A stretch of 64,000 nucleotides of DNA from Eledone cirrhosa. Lineage: Eukaryota. Under the pieces are notes generated by a model. The model made no database searches. It saw only the letters and a list, made by a program, of their open reading frames with translations, and was not told where the DNA came from. The first letter of the stretch is position 1, and each line of letters starts with the position of its first letter. Position numbers and translations under genes: made by a program. The stretch covers positions 280,426,001-280,490,000 of the forward strand of contig OZ024743.1 in the NCBI GenBank assembly GCA_964016885.1. Direction: 5' to 3'. Below are positions 28,058 to 41,470 of this stretch, one piece after another.

Positions 28058-29312
28058 ATATTGGTAAACGGAATAGAAAATGCTGACAAATTGTTCACAG
28101 TTGAAAAATGGTTTAATCTATATATATAAAACTGTGGTTGTCTGTCTGTCTATCGATTTTTGGCACACATCTCCTCTTAGAATCTCTCACGGAATTGCAC
28201 CGAAATTGCTAGACTTGTACATTGAGCCCTAGCGAAGACATCGGAAAAAAAATATTTCAAATTGACCCACCCTATGTGACGAAATCGAATATAATGTATC
28301 GATTTTTGAGCGTAAGTTATCAGTTATTTCCCTTTGTTCTGTTTACATTGAGCGTCTTACGTAAAAAATTACGCTGGCTTTCTCAGCGTTTAAAATGACA
28401 TTCACACAATACACGAACAGTTGAACACTAAGCTTCCGTTTTGCTTCATTTCCATTTAAAAGCATTTTAAAACAATATTTTTACTTGAAAACAAGTCTAT
28501 TTAAAGACTACGCAAAACAAGCAAATATTTCGTCGTTAGGCGTGCAGACAGACAGTCGTGCAGACAGACAGTCGTGCAGATAGACAGTCGTGCAGAGAGG
28601 TGATATACGCGTGCAGACAGATAGTCGTGCAGAGAGGTGATATAGGCGTGCAGACAGACAGTCGTGCAGAGAGGTGATATAGGCGTGCAGACAGACAGTC
28701 GTGTAGAGAGGTGATATAGGCGTGCAGACAGACAGTCGTGCAGAGAGGTGATATAGGCGTGCAGACAGACATAACTGATAATTTGGTTACGCTAATGTTT
28801 TTCTCTGCATTGCAGTGTTTACATTTTCGATCTTTGTTAATAAATAACCAGTGCAGTTTCTATCCCCAGCATCCTCTTTTGTTATAACATTCGGGTTATC
28901 GTTATGTTTTCTTAACTTCATAAGGCATATTGTTGGTTGAGGGAATATTAATCAAAAACACCACATGCAAGTCTGCACAGTAGACACTACAGTTTTTAAG
29001 CCAAGAAAGAAACTTAACATTGTAACTTTAACACAGCTACTGAGCGACCCTGAGCAACGCCGGGCTTTACTGCTAGTTAGGAATAAAAGAGTATTAGTGA
29101 TTGTATGGGTTAGATCAGAGCAAACAGCACGGACACTCTATCTCAAAATTATTTTTGAAAAGCATTTAGAAATGCGCAACCGGTAAAAACTTAAAAACTT
29201 AAAACCACAACTGAATACTAACCCATACAATCACTAATACTCTTTTATTCCTAATTAAACCATTTTTCAACTGTGAACAATTTGTCAGCATTTTCTATTC
29301 CGTTTACCAATA
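28058..29312. repeat. Fold-back module adjacent to (TA)n; left arm interrupted by the Helitron
   Basis: 28058-28116 plus 29077-29113 is the reverse complement of 29218-29312. The spacer contains a decayed hammerhead-like motif at 29152-29189. Confidence 0.85.
28117..29076 (+). mobile_element. Non-autonomous Helitron (960 bp) with an internal 37-bp minisatellite (28538-28770)
   Basis: 5' TC(TATATATATAAA) and 3' CTAG preceded by a GC hairpin CCCTGAGCAACGCCGGG. Inserted between A and T with no TSD. The empty site ggtttaa^ttagg is preserved in the inverted copy at about 29250-29262. Confidence 0.9.
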
Positions 29313-29318
29313 TATATA

Positions 29319-29436
<118 letters not shown>

Positions 29437-30684
29437 TACACATATATATGTCTCTCTTTTCTCTCATTTTCTCTGTTTGCTTCTCTAGAAGATATCGGCT
29501 GTTTCAAACTTGAAAGCGATGGGCTTCCCCAGATTTAAATGCTCAAGACTAGCCATGTTTAAGACAGTATTCCAACGACTCCATCAAGTGTTAAAGTCCC
29601 TTTCCTTCCAATATTACTGAAAAAGTAACAATTGATAAGAACGAAATGAAGTTCAAAAATTACCAACACGAAGAAATGATGTGAGTTGAGTCGATGAAGT
29701 GCCGAAATAAAATATACTAGAAAGCTATATGGGAATGATGTAAGACCAGTATATAGAGGGGGGGGGGGGGGATAAAACAAACTGTTTCCGCACACGGTTT
29801 ATGTCACTGTATATTCATTTTCTAACCAATCATCCTTAAGTTTCAGAGCATGACAGGTACAACGTCTGAGAAGACAAGATCCTAATGGGAGCCCCAGCTC
29901 CAGATATTCTATGTAAAGCACTACTATAAGTGTAACATTTTTTGGAACGGACACATCTCCCTTCAAAACCGATATACAAAATTGGCTGAAGATGTTTAAG
30001 ATCTGTGGAGAATCTCATACAATATATGAAGACCATCCTACTCTTCTGGACAACACAGGAAGCGTACATTTGAAATACTGTGTAGACAGTATATATTGCT
30101 GTGTATTGAGGTACGTGAATCATTTATGTGATTGACCAAGCTATATGTGTAAGTGAAATGACTCGTACGTGTAAGGGATTCACTTGGCAAAGCTGCCTAA
30201 TTGCGTAAAGAGGTGTGCAAATATTCATGTCCAACTGAATAAAGATTAAAAAGTAAACCAATTCTGCTATTTTCCGTGTTTTCTAATGGAAATTGGTTCT
30301 GAGTTGGATGGTATGTTCTCTCTGTAGTATTTTTTACAATGATTGAGTCAGTATTCATGTTAATGTGAGTGTGTTTGTGCCTGAGTGTGTGTTTGTGTTT
30401 ATGTGTGTGTGTGTTTGTGTTTATGTGTGTGTGTGCGTGTGTGTGTAAAACAAAACATTTAAAATATAATAAATCTACCCGAGTAAAAATGAAAAACAAA
30501 GGACAAATATGTTGCTGGGTGGTAGAATTGAAAACTACATGTTTATAACATTTAAACATTTGAGTTGATTAATTAAAATTTAAAAGAAATACCGAGATAC
30601 CAAAAAAGTATGGAACAAAAAACAAATTGCTAAAAACAGTTTGTTTACATAAATCAGGAATTAGAGCCATAATCGTACTGGGCC

Positions 30685-30724
<40 letters not shown>

Positions 30725-33182
30725 TGCCTGTATCCATGTATGTGAGTGTGTGTGTGTGTGCGCGCGCCCGTGTGTGTGTTTCTATTTTTTTGTTTTTTAT
30801 TTAGTTTGATTTTTCAAAATTCAGAATTCTATGGAGAATTGTTTGTTCTATATTAGTATTTTCTGTCTTTGAGGTGCAGTAGGAATCATGCGGTTCGGAT
30901 TCGACCTCACAGCTTGGCTTCTTAGGAAAATGTCATTTACCATATCCTCATGTTAGTGTAGTTGGATAGACTGAAACTGTTTGGAAACAGTTGACTGTAT
31001 CTGTCATTCGAAAATCCAGCCTTGTTACATATGACCAGGTCAATCAAGCTGAATCAAACTGAGAATTATGTTAAGCGTTCACATGGTTGTGGAATGTTTA
31101 GCTACTTGCATGTTAATTTCCCAAGCAGGTGGTTCGTTAATCAAGCAGCTGGAGAACTCATTGTTGAATAGCCGTCGAAACAGATCGAAACAGTGGCCCG
31201 CTCCATTCCTTTCAGGTGCTCCTTGTCGGAGATAGTGGTACTGGTGCATCACAATTAATCTCGTTGATGTTCCGCATGGTTGCTGGTTATTGGTATCGTA
31301 GTTGACTGCTAATTAAAAGTGTGTTGTTGATATAGAAAATAAAGGTGTTGATGAATAAAAGAATTGTTAATTAGTTAAGCAAGATGCTAGATAATCGCCT
31401 GAAATAATGAAAGCCACATACTGGGTGGTAAAAAAAAGTCTGCTTGGCCGGAAAGATAGCTACATGCTTGAATGTTTGAGAATATATGGAAAATGTGTTC
31501 CTGAGGTTGTATATATTATTATAGCGAATCCGATACTGCAATGCCATGTCTCTCGGCCGCAGGGTGCAGAATCTCGAGCTATCAGACACTATAGAGGAAA
31601 GACTGACTGGCTACAGCAGATTAGATTTTCCATACATTTCTAGGAAGAAAAAAATTAAATTTAAAGCTCACACTTCTGTAAATTTAGCGGGATTCCAACG
31701 TGGCTTCATCTCATTGGTTTAATGATATGGTCCCTGGTCTTATCACGATAAGCAGTGTGAAGTGAAGCGCCATGCCTATCACAATGCCGAGTCCGGGAAT
31801 CGAACCCCGAACACAAGAATGTGTGTCTGAAAACCTGGCAAATAGGCAATGCGCCTTCACATATTTCCTAGAAAGATATACTTAGAAAATGTTCGTAGTC
31901 TTTGTAGAGACTTTGGACAAATATTCCATTTGTTCCTGTGTATCATGCTTTATATCTGGTACGACGTTGCTGAGGTGAATAGCAATCTGTTAATTTGTTC
32001 TAAGAAAATGTGAACAAAATAAGTTGCTATAGAGTGAAAGCAGTTCTATAAGTTATAGCCATACATATCTGATAAGTGCATGACAGAAATTTCGTAAGTA
32101 TTGTGAAAACAAGCTAATTGTAGCAGTAGCAGCAGTTCTCCCAAATAAAAGCATTTGAGTTGCATTTATGAAACAGACTGTGTGTGTTATGGCGGCGCTT
32201 GTTTCTTGAAATCGGGTAAGGACATCAGATGATAAATGCATCTGTTCAAACGTAGATTGCATCTTCTAAACACTGTGTCCACCAATGTGCAAGCTTGACC
32301 GACCATGGCTGAATACACAAGGTCAGGGTCCCTAGTCTATCAAATAAAACATTATAAAGGGGAAGTTATATTAAATATAACAACAACAACGACAATTTGG
32401 TTTTATTTGATTTGTCCTTTTACTTTTAATTGCTAATCTAAATAGATCTGGACGGATCTTGTTAGTTAAAATTACTACAATTTAAATTCTATGAGATTCA
32501 ATGAAAGCAAGGTTTACATGAATCAAGATGTTTATGAATATTTTAGTTTTACAGAAGTCACTAATGTTTGAAGAAAATATTCTTGGCCATGGAAATATTT
32601 GGGGTTAAGTTAAATGAGGGCATAAAATGGTCATCAATAAAAGAAAAAAAGAACATCTAAATGTGCTTGTGGGAAGAATATGTTCTGTCGGAGCAAAAGC
32701 AAAAAGGCTGACCACTAGATGAATGAGAGATAGAGGGCGGGGTATAATAAAATAGCTTAGACTTAACTACATGCAAGCGAAAATAGATGAGTGAAGAGAA
32801 AATATTTCTGTCAAATTTTTTGTAAACCAAACCAAACTCTTTAAACATTACTTGTCCCTGACAGACTAAACTTTCAGATTGGTTAAAAATTCCATTGGCT
32901 AAAATCTCTGATCTACCAAGAGAGCGAGAGAGGAGTCACAAAGACGCAAAGACATACAGAAAAGAAATTAAAATGAAAGAGGGTGATTTGATTGTGCCTG
33001 GAGATGAGGTCAGACCCTTCGACCAATGCAGATGGCATGACAGATGTAATTATATGCTTGTGACACCGGAGAGAGATGCATTTTGAAGATGCATTGAGAG
33101 TGGCAGATGGATAGAATGTGTAAAATACCAATAGAGAAGAGAGAAAATCGTTGGACAGCGATTAAGAGTCAAGAGAGGATAG

Positions 33183-33292
<110 letters not shown>

Positions 33293-34561
33293 ATATATAT
33301 ATGTTGTTTTTGAACCTCCGTCGTTTTCTGACGACGAGTGCTCCAGTTGATTTAATCAAGAGAACTGCCTACTCGTGAAATTAATCTTTAAATAGCTCAG
33401 CATTCCACTGTCACGTACAGTCTGAATGTTGTTAAAATTTAAAAATTAATTGTATAAAGCCGATAGCTCTAAGTGTAAACGTGACGGAAAGTATACACAG
33501 AGGGAGAGACAGCGTGATTGAGAGAGAGGGAGAGGGGGGAGATTGAGAGAGAGTGAGAGAGAAAGAGGCCAGAGATGAGAATGGTGGACAAAGAAAGTTG
33601 AGAGGCGAGCAAGTACTAATGAAAGATGACCAGGTAAAAATATTATTTGGGGGAAATCATCATTCCTCCAAGATATCTCTGCCATATTAAAACAAATGTC
33701 TAGTTTGAGATGAAGAGATGCCAAAATTATACTTTTTATATATATATGTATATATTTATACATACATATATACATATATATATATATGTGTGTGAATGAA
33801 TTTATATTTTTTTTTATTTAAGAATAAATTTTCAATTTAATGTAAGGAGTGTATTCATAGTGTTTGTTTTTGTGGTGTTTTTGTTGTTGTTGTTGTTGTT
33901 ATTGTTGTTTGGCTGCTGCTATTGCTGTTGCCTCTGTTATTTGTTTGTTCTGTTCAAATTATATATTTTTTATATTTTTTTTTTTGTTTTCTTTTTAATT
34001 AGAGAAATGGCTTTTCAATAAATAAATAACTAAATAATAAAAATAAATACATTGACTAAAGTAAAACAGTAATAGAAATAGTAATAAAATTAGCTTTCAG
34101 AAATTAACAATTCTTTTAAATTTGTCAAAAATTTTGCTTTGATTAATAACGTTGAAACTGTTTCAGGATACAAACGGCTACAAATAACATTTTTTAATAT
34201 GTTTATACACACAAACCATCTTTAAAATGTGGAGCAAATAAAAGTACATTTTCCTTTTCATCATTTAGCTACTTAATTAACAAAAACGGTCGATAGAAGA
34301 GTTCGATTTAGATTGTTTTGTTGTTGCTGTTGTTTGTTTTGTTTTTTTCGTTTTCGTTTTCTTCGTTTTTCAGTTTTCCTTCTCATTTAATTTGAATTTT
34401 CCATTTCAGTTTTATGCTGCTTCTTCTTTTTTCATAATGTTGTCAAGGTTAAAACAAAAATATATAGAAAAGAAAGTAAAATAAAATAAAAGGATTTGTG
34501 GTCAATTATTTTGTAATAGAAATAATGATAAAGATTTCTAATATAATAACATTAATAATAA

Positions 34562-35010
34562 TGTTTCTTTATTTGCCATAAGAGTGATGGATGAACGAAC
34601 ATTACAAGGATAACGGACAAGAAATTACGCGGCTTTACAAAAACGAGAAACAGAAAAAAACTGCCATAAAACAGCATAAACATATGTTAACATTTCTTAA
34701 TCACAGAATACCACAGGTCATAGTTTGCGCTAACCACTAAGCATAAGTGCCTTCTCCCAGCCGTAGACCCCGATCTAGAGATGTATGCTGAGTGTAGGCC
34801 CGGTTTTTCTCTGCCATACTCACCACTCAGCAAATAAACTAGAGAGCAGTATTTTCTTCTCGAACTTTATCTTCTCTGAGCCGTACTTGAACTTGTTGAT
34901 GAGAACTTGAGCAATGAGAGGTTTGCCTTTCTCCGGTCCCTTTCAATGTCGCCTATCACTCTATCTGTTTTGCCTTAACCACCAGACAGAAAAAAACCCG
35001 CCGGGCTTTT
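34562..35010 (-). pseudogene. Degenerate 3' end of a Tx1/L1-clade element related to the 44950-51322 element
   Basis: Minus-strand translation VFFCLVVKAKQIE**ATLKG / KGKPLIAQVLINKFKY..KIKFEKKILLSSLFAEW aligns by eye with VFLCVIAMAKEVVWWTRLKG..GTFLSGQQLVRFFRY..RIRMEREVLHPSRFYERW. It shares the terminus TGGCAAATAAAGAAA. Confidence 0.75.
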
Positions 35011-35439
35011 ACCACCAAAGACTTGACTGATCTGATAGCAAAACTGCGACTACTCAAAACACGTCCATCTACTAATAAATGCATTAACGTTAAATGTAAA
35101 GCACTTTAGGTAAGCCATTCGCTCCAAATACTAGTCCTAATAACCAGCAAAGATTACCTATGGCAAGCACATACGCTTAACATACCCAGAACAGTATAAA
35201 AAACTGGACTTTCTCTTCACGATTAGAAAACACTTCAACTCAGGTGCGATCGACGATGCAGTACTGATCCAAGCTGGCCTTGTGAAATGGTATTAGTCGA
35301 GTTATAAAGCGAGGTTGAATAACGAGTGGCTTGAATTTGTCCACATTGTAAATAAAAGGCAGTCAAAACAGGGGGTGATCAAATTTGTTAAAGCTCCGTA
35401 AATATTCGACCCAACCACACTCAGTGGATGACAACAAAT

Positions 35440-35545
35440 TAGTAGAGTCGTAAGAGCGTCGGATTGAAAATGCTTCGGTATTTCTTTCGACTCACTGCGT
35501 TCTGAGATCGAATCCCACCGAAGTTAAAGTTGCCGTTCTTCATTC
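35440..35545 (+). mobile_element. SINE 5' (tRNA-like) fragment
   Basis: agagtcgtaagagcgtcgga...gttctgagatcgaatcccaccgaagttaaagttgcc matches the SINE head. Confidence 0.6.
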
Positions 35546-35555
35546 ACACAGAATC

Positions 35556-35824
35556 AAGCTGAGGGGGCCAAACTCCTCAAATACCGGTCGCTCTTCGACA
35601 GGTTTGCGGTCGTTCCCCTGGCAGTGGAGACTTCTGGTGTCCTCGGCCCCAGAGCTACCTCCTTACACATCACCATAGGCGCTGAGCTGGCCAGCCGCAG
35701 GTGTGATCCCCGCGAGTTGGAGTGGCTTTTCCAGCGTGTCTCCCTTGCCGTCCTCCGGGAAAACGCCTTCTCCATTCTGTCCGCCGGGGCTGTGGGTGGG
35801 CCCCCTCGCGTACCAATACATTAG
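35556..35824 (+). mobile_element. C-terminal fragment of an RLE-type non-LTR retrotransposon (CRE-like)
   Basis: AEGAKLLKYRSLFDRFAVVPLAVETSGVLGP...LFQRVSLAVLRENAFSIL fits the KxxKY / PxAxETxG / QRxSxAxxRxNA pattern of restriction-like-endonuclease C-termini. Confidence 0.75.
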
Positions 35825-37351
35825 TTAAATAACATGTCTCATTGTATTTCTGTTTCATTTCTTCTACCTATTTATCATTAAAACCAATTCATGATTTATA
35901 ATGTACAGATAGAAATAAATAACACGTTTTCATCAGTCAAAACTATAACAATGAAAATCCCCATTATACACAAAAAGAAGGGTATAAGACAAAAAATACC
36001 GGAGTTTGTCCGGTCGCTTCCTCTTCGCACCGAACGCCGTCGAGACCTCAGGCTCCCTCGGACTCCGTATTGCCGAGCTCCTCCACAAAATCGGAACGTC
36101 AGCAGCCCGTCCGAGGAAAGCGCCCAGCGAGTTGGAGGAGGGGGGGTAGTGCGGGTGTCGTTTGCTATTGTCTGCGGAAATGCCTTTGCAGATTTGCCGC
36201 GGGACGCAGCCCAAACGCCACCGCGCCCTAGGGCCACAGCCCCCCCCCCCCCCACCTCCATTTCTTCTGCGGCCCAAGAGTCCTTGCTTTTCCCTCCTTT
36301 TCCACTCATTTAAGGCATTTATAGACCTTTCCTCTGCTTTCCTATACAACCAGATCTACCCTTCTTTACTTTACCCTTTACCCTTTTTCTCAATACTTAA
36401 TTTTGTTTTTAGATTTATTTCTATATTTACGTAATTATCAATGATTTTTAGCTAACTTTCTGAGTAAAACTCAATTATTGAGAATAAACTTTTACAGATT
36501 TGAAAAAAAAATAGTCGAAAGTAAAAAAAGAAAAAAGATTAAATAGTATTTTACGAATGAGAAGATATATAAGAGGTATGAAGCATTGAAATGACACATA
36601 CAACACACACTGACTCAAGAAATCTTTCTGTTCCTTCCAATGTGTACTCTCTATCTTTTTATTTCATCTTAAATTTCTCATTCTATCTTCTGATGAAGGA
36701 CCAATGACTGATAAGTGAAGACTGTTTTACTGCTCTATCAAGCGTTAAACTAACATATTTCTTCAGCATACTGTGTTGTTTGCTTTGTCGTTTCCGTTTA
36801 CTTGTGCATACAAACATACAAACATATATATATATCTATAATTAAATTAAATTCCTTTAGGTCTAATATACGAAAGAAATATATAGAGCAAGTTTATATA
36901 TTTAATTAAGTGAATGATTTACATGACGTTGATCCAAACAAGGTTTTAAGTTCACACATGCATACATACACGCCCTCACACATACATAGATAAACAGACA
37001 CACACACACACATATATATATATTTATATATATATACATATATATACAATACATATATATATATAAACATATATATGTATATATATGTATATATACATGT
37101 ATATATATACACACACACACACGTGTATATATATACACGTGTATATATATATATATATATATATGAATGTGTGTGTGTATACTTATATTTTAGACTATAT
37201 GTACACACATACACATACAAATGCATATAAGTATGTATATACGCAGAGACATATAATCAAAGATAAATAGATATGCATATATATATAAGTATGTGTATGT
37301 GGGCATATAAAACGCAAGTGTAAGTGACTATAAGTATATATATATATACAC

Positions 37352-37382
<31 letters not shown>

Positions 37383-37708
37383 TCTGATGATATGGGATCG
37401 ATTGTGCATTGGATATCGAATGCTCTATAATATATAATATTATAGATGTAGCGAGATCTAGGCAAATTGATGTCTATTGAAACGTACGTAAGAACCGAAT
37501 AAATCTCTTTTACTGCATCTTTCTGTTTTTTTTAATTCTTTATACACGCCCCGGAATATAGCTAAACTGGAATATACACCTTTTTTCTGCATTTCGTTGA
37601 GCACCACTCTGTTGTAAGCTGTCATTCCACTACACGGTACATAACACTGTGTCCTGGAAAACATTAATGCACTCGTGCATAACCAATTATATATATATAT
37701 ATATATAT

Positions 37709-38636
37709 TGTCAGTTACACTTTCTCTCGACTGACCTCTTCCTCACACTTCCACTCACTCACTCTCTGTTTCTCCCCTTCTCAATTCCTCCCGTTTGGCT
37801 TGTAGTGGGTCTCTTCTTGCTTACATCTCACACACATCGGACGGTCTGTACTTCTCTCGCTCATGAAATCCACCCAGGTTATGCTGACCGGACAACCATG
37901 TTGCTTGTTTATTTTCCTATCTTCGGTTTGCTTTTATCCTTCTATGTTGTTTACTTGTCCCCCTCGCTTTACGCGATTACTGGTCCCAATAACTTTATTT
38001 AGCTTATTGCTCGCACCAACCTGAGGTATATGATTTTTAATGCGATAAAATACCAATGATGGTTGGAAAATTACTGACGAAGGACTATTTTTATCAAATG
38101 TAACTTATGTGCAACCACGCAGTATACTTCTTTCTTCTCATGTTTTTTATATATATTTACCTCGGCTGCGTTTGTCTGTTTCTCTCTTAATGCTTCCTCG
38201 CTCTCTCTGTTTCTCTCACCTTCTTTCACCCCCTCTGTCAGTTACACTTTCTCTCGACTGACCTCTTCCTCACACTTCCACTCACTCACTCTCTGTTTCT
38301 CCGCTTCTCACTTCCTCTCGTTTGGCTTGTAGTGGGTCTCTTCGTGCTTACATCTCACACACATCGGACGGTCTGTACCTCTCTCGCTCATGAAATACAC
38401 CCAGCTTATGCTGACCGGACAACCATGTTGCTTGTTTATTTTCCTATCTTCGGTTTGCTTTTATCCTTCTATGTTGTTTACTTGTCCCCCTCGCTTTACG
38501 CGAATTACTGGTCCCAATAACTTTTTTTAGTTATTGCTCGCACCAACCTGAGGTATCTGGAAAATCACTGACGAAGGACTATTTTTATCATATGTAACTT
38601 ATGTGCAACCACGCAGCATTCTTCTTTCTTCTCATG

Positions 38637-38638
<2 letters not shown>
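37709..38638 (+). repeat. 527-bp-period partial tandem duplication bounded by (TA)n (Penelope pLTR-like)
   Basis: tgtcagttacactttctctcgactgacc starts at both 37709 and 38236. Both copies end near tttcttctcatgtt and carry CTGACGAAGG. Confidence 0.85.
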
Positions 38639-38684
<46 letters not shown>

Positions 38685-39203
38685 TAAATCATGTCTATAG
38701 AATCATCAGATATTAAAATATATACTCTTTCTTCTTCTAATTAGCATAATTAACCATATACAAAATCAAATCTAGCAAGCTTTAAGAATAAATTTTCTTA
38801 TGGGGAAATCTCCGACAAACAATTGATCGTAGCCTCTTCGCGGCAGCCCCGTTCCATTATTTATCCAACATTTCGGCAGCATGCAGAATCCGACCAAATA
38901 TACCATCAACCACACACAATTAGTAGTAAAATTAAACTTAGAAGAAATGCGCACATACCGTAATTATATCTCTACCATGGTTTCTTCCTTATTTAAGACA
39001 TCCAAATAATATGAATTTCCAGAGTTAGGATTTTTCAGGAGATAAACTCAAAATCAGACATTTAGTTTTTCTAACCGATCGCGCCAAATTTAGATTCAAA
39101 AATGGCTAAAATCGCTATGTATATATATATATAAGTCTACATATTACTATCAAAACGGTAAAAACTTAACCGTAGGACAAAGGCGGAGATTCCTTATAAT
39201 AAT

Positions 39204-39710
39204 AATTGTTTCTACTTTAGGCACAAGGCCAGCTATTATCCAGTGCATTACTGGTACTTTATTTTATCGACCCCGTAAGGATGAAAGGCAAAGTCAACCT
39301 CGGCGGGATTTGAATTCAGATCGTAAAGGGACGTAACTATGCTGGAAAGCATGGCGTCCGACCCTCTAGTGATACTGCCAATCCACCGCCCTTATAATAA
39401 TAATATAATAATAATTGTTTCCACTTTTGGCACAAGTCCAGCAAATACCCAGTGTATTACTGGTACTTTATTTTATCGACCCCATAAGGATGAAAGGCAA
39501 AGTTAACCTCGGCGGGGATTTCTAGTATAGGCCAGCAACTTGGGTTGAGGGAAAATTCGATTAAATCGACCCCAGTACGTGACTGGTACTTTATTTTATC
39601 GGCCCCGTTAAGTTAACCTCGGCGGGATATGAACTCGGATCATAAAGGGCCGTAACACTATGCAAAGCATGGCGTCCGACCCTCTACCGATACAGGCAAT
39701 TCACCGCCAT
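39204..39710 (-). mobile_element. Three tandem or nested copies of the tRNA-derived SINE in (TAA)-rich sequence
   Basis: Copies at about 39204-39389, 39413-39520 and 39520-39710. The first is flanked by the 15-bp direct repeat CCTTATAATAATAAT (39192-39206, 39390-39404). Confidence 0.85.
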
Positions 39711-39711
39711 T

Positions 39712-39759
<48 letters not shown>

Positions 39760-39783
39760 TATATATATATGTGCGCGTGTGAG

Positions 39784-39820
<37 letters not shown>

Positions 39821-39891
39821 ATAAACATAGAGAGAAGTAGACAGATAGATCATATATGTAGATAAATATATTGAGATATGTTTATAAAAAC

Positions 39892-39933
<42 letters not shown>

Positions 39934-39934
39934 G

Positions 39935-39974
<40 letters not shown>

Positions 39975-40021
39975 TACATGCATACATGCACATACATACA
40001 TACATGCACATACATACATGC

Positions 40022-40052
<31 letters not shown>

Positions 40053-40609
40053 CATTTACACACACGCGCGCGCGCACAGACACATTTCTATATATTTATA
40101 TATATATATAAGCATATATATATATATATATATTCATATACGTATGTGCGTATAAGTATATGGACAAAACTAAATAAGATATAAATTGAAAAGAAAGTAA
40201 CCAGAGACCCTAAAAGCTAAAGATAATATGTTCAAATAGCTTATAATTATTCACAAAATTGACCATAAACATTGTTAGACCGTGCTTAAGATCAAGAATT
40301 GTGATTAGCTGAAGTTTTGAAACGCCATTAACGATAGACGTTTAACTACTTGACACAACGGTTTAAGAAATGCTTAAGTGTTGACGAAGCATTAGTGTGT
40401 AGTTTTATGGCCTGTATTCGAATTGATTATGGCCTTCTAAACATATCAGTACCGTGACTAACATATCTCACCTTCAAGTTGTCATGACATATATATATAC
40501 GTGTGTGTGTGTGTGTGCGTGTGTGTGTGTGTGTGCGTGTGTGTGTGAGTGTGTGTGTGTGTGCGTGTTTTCATGTGTGTATGCATGTGTCTGTGTGTGA
40601 GTATGTATG

Positions 40610-40657
<48 letters not shown>

Positions 40658-40729
40658 TATATATATGTGTGTGTATGTGTGTGTACATGTGTGTATATAT
40701 ATATATATATATATACACACATAAATATG

Positions 40730-40824
<95 letters not shown>

Positions 40825-40844
40825 ATCTATGTATACACTCACAG

Positions 40845-40954
<110 letters not shown>

Positions 40955-41269
40955 TGGGGATGTGTATATATGTATAGTTATAGACAATGAAAAGTATAAC
41001 TACCGTTCTTTAATCAGGAGCTTCGCTGTGAAAAGAATGATGTGTGAAATGTCAACAATTTCAACTATTCCTCTATACACAGCAACATATGACGTTATCC
41101 TTATGCCTGCATTTCAGAAATTTTGACTCCCCATCAAAATTGCTCTATGTTTCTGTATATTGTTTCATATTTCTATGGTGACGCTATCTTAAACTGACCG
41201 TTTCAGCTATTTACTATAACATATGTAAATGATATTATTTCTCTTTCTCCGTCTTTAAATGAAGCAAAC

Positions 41270-41470
41270 ACACGTTTGAAAGGACTAAGAAGAAGATAGG
41301 GAAGACCAACTTGTATGGTATTTTATAATACCAGAATGTCATGTTCGCCAATACTACCCCTAGAGGCGGACATACAAGGCGGACATACATAGGAGAGACA
41401 GTCCGTAGCATAGGAGAGACAATAAAGGAACTCTGGTGAGAACTTAAGTAACAGAAAAGCTCATCATTGT
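41270..41470 (+). pseudogene. Internally deleted Penelope-like fragment
   Basis: YQNVMFANTTPRG and YIGETVRSIGETIKELW match YQSVMFINTTPRG and YIGETARSIGERINEHW of the 55180 ORF. Confidence 0.8.

Noticed and set aside
29840-30120. Possible host exon (tttcag...GAG|gtacgt)
   Set aside because: Stops in all three forward frames and no recognisable homology.
33328-33386. CTGACGA-CGAGT...ACTCG-TGAAA-TTAA-TC hammerhead-like match
   Set aside because: Lies in a degenerate SINE, has no stem I complement, and related copies lack the core.
37384-37430. CTGATGA next to (TA)n (also at 59754)
   Set aside because: No convincing stem II, GAAA and stem I arrangement.
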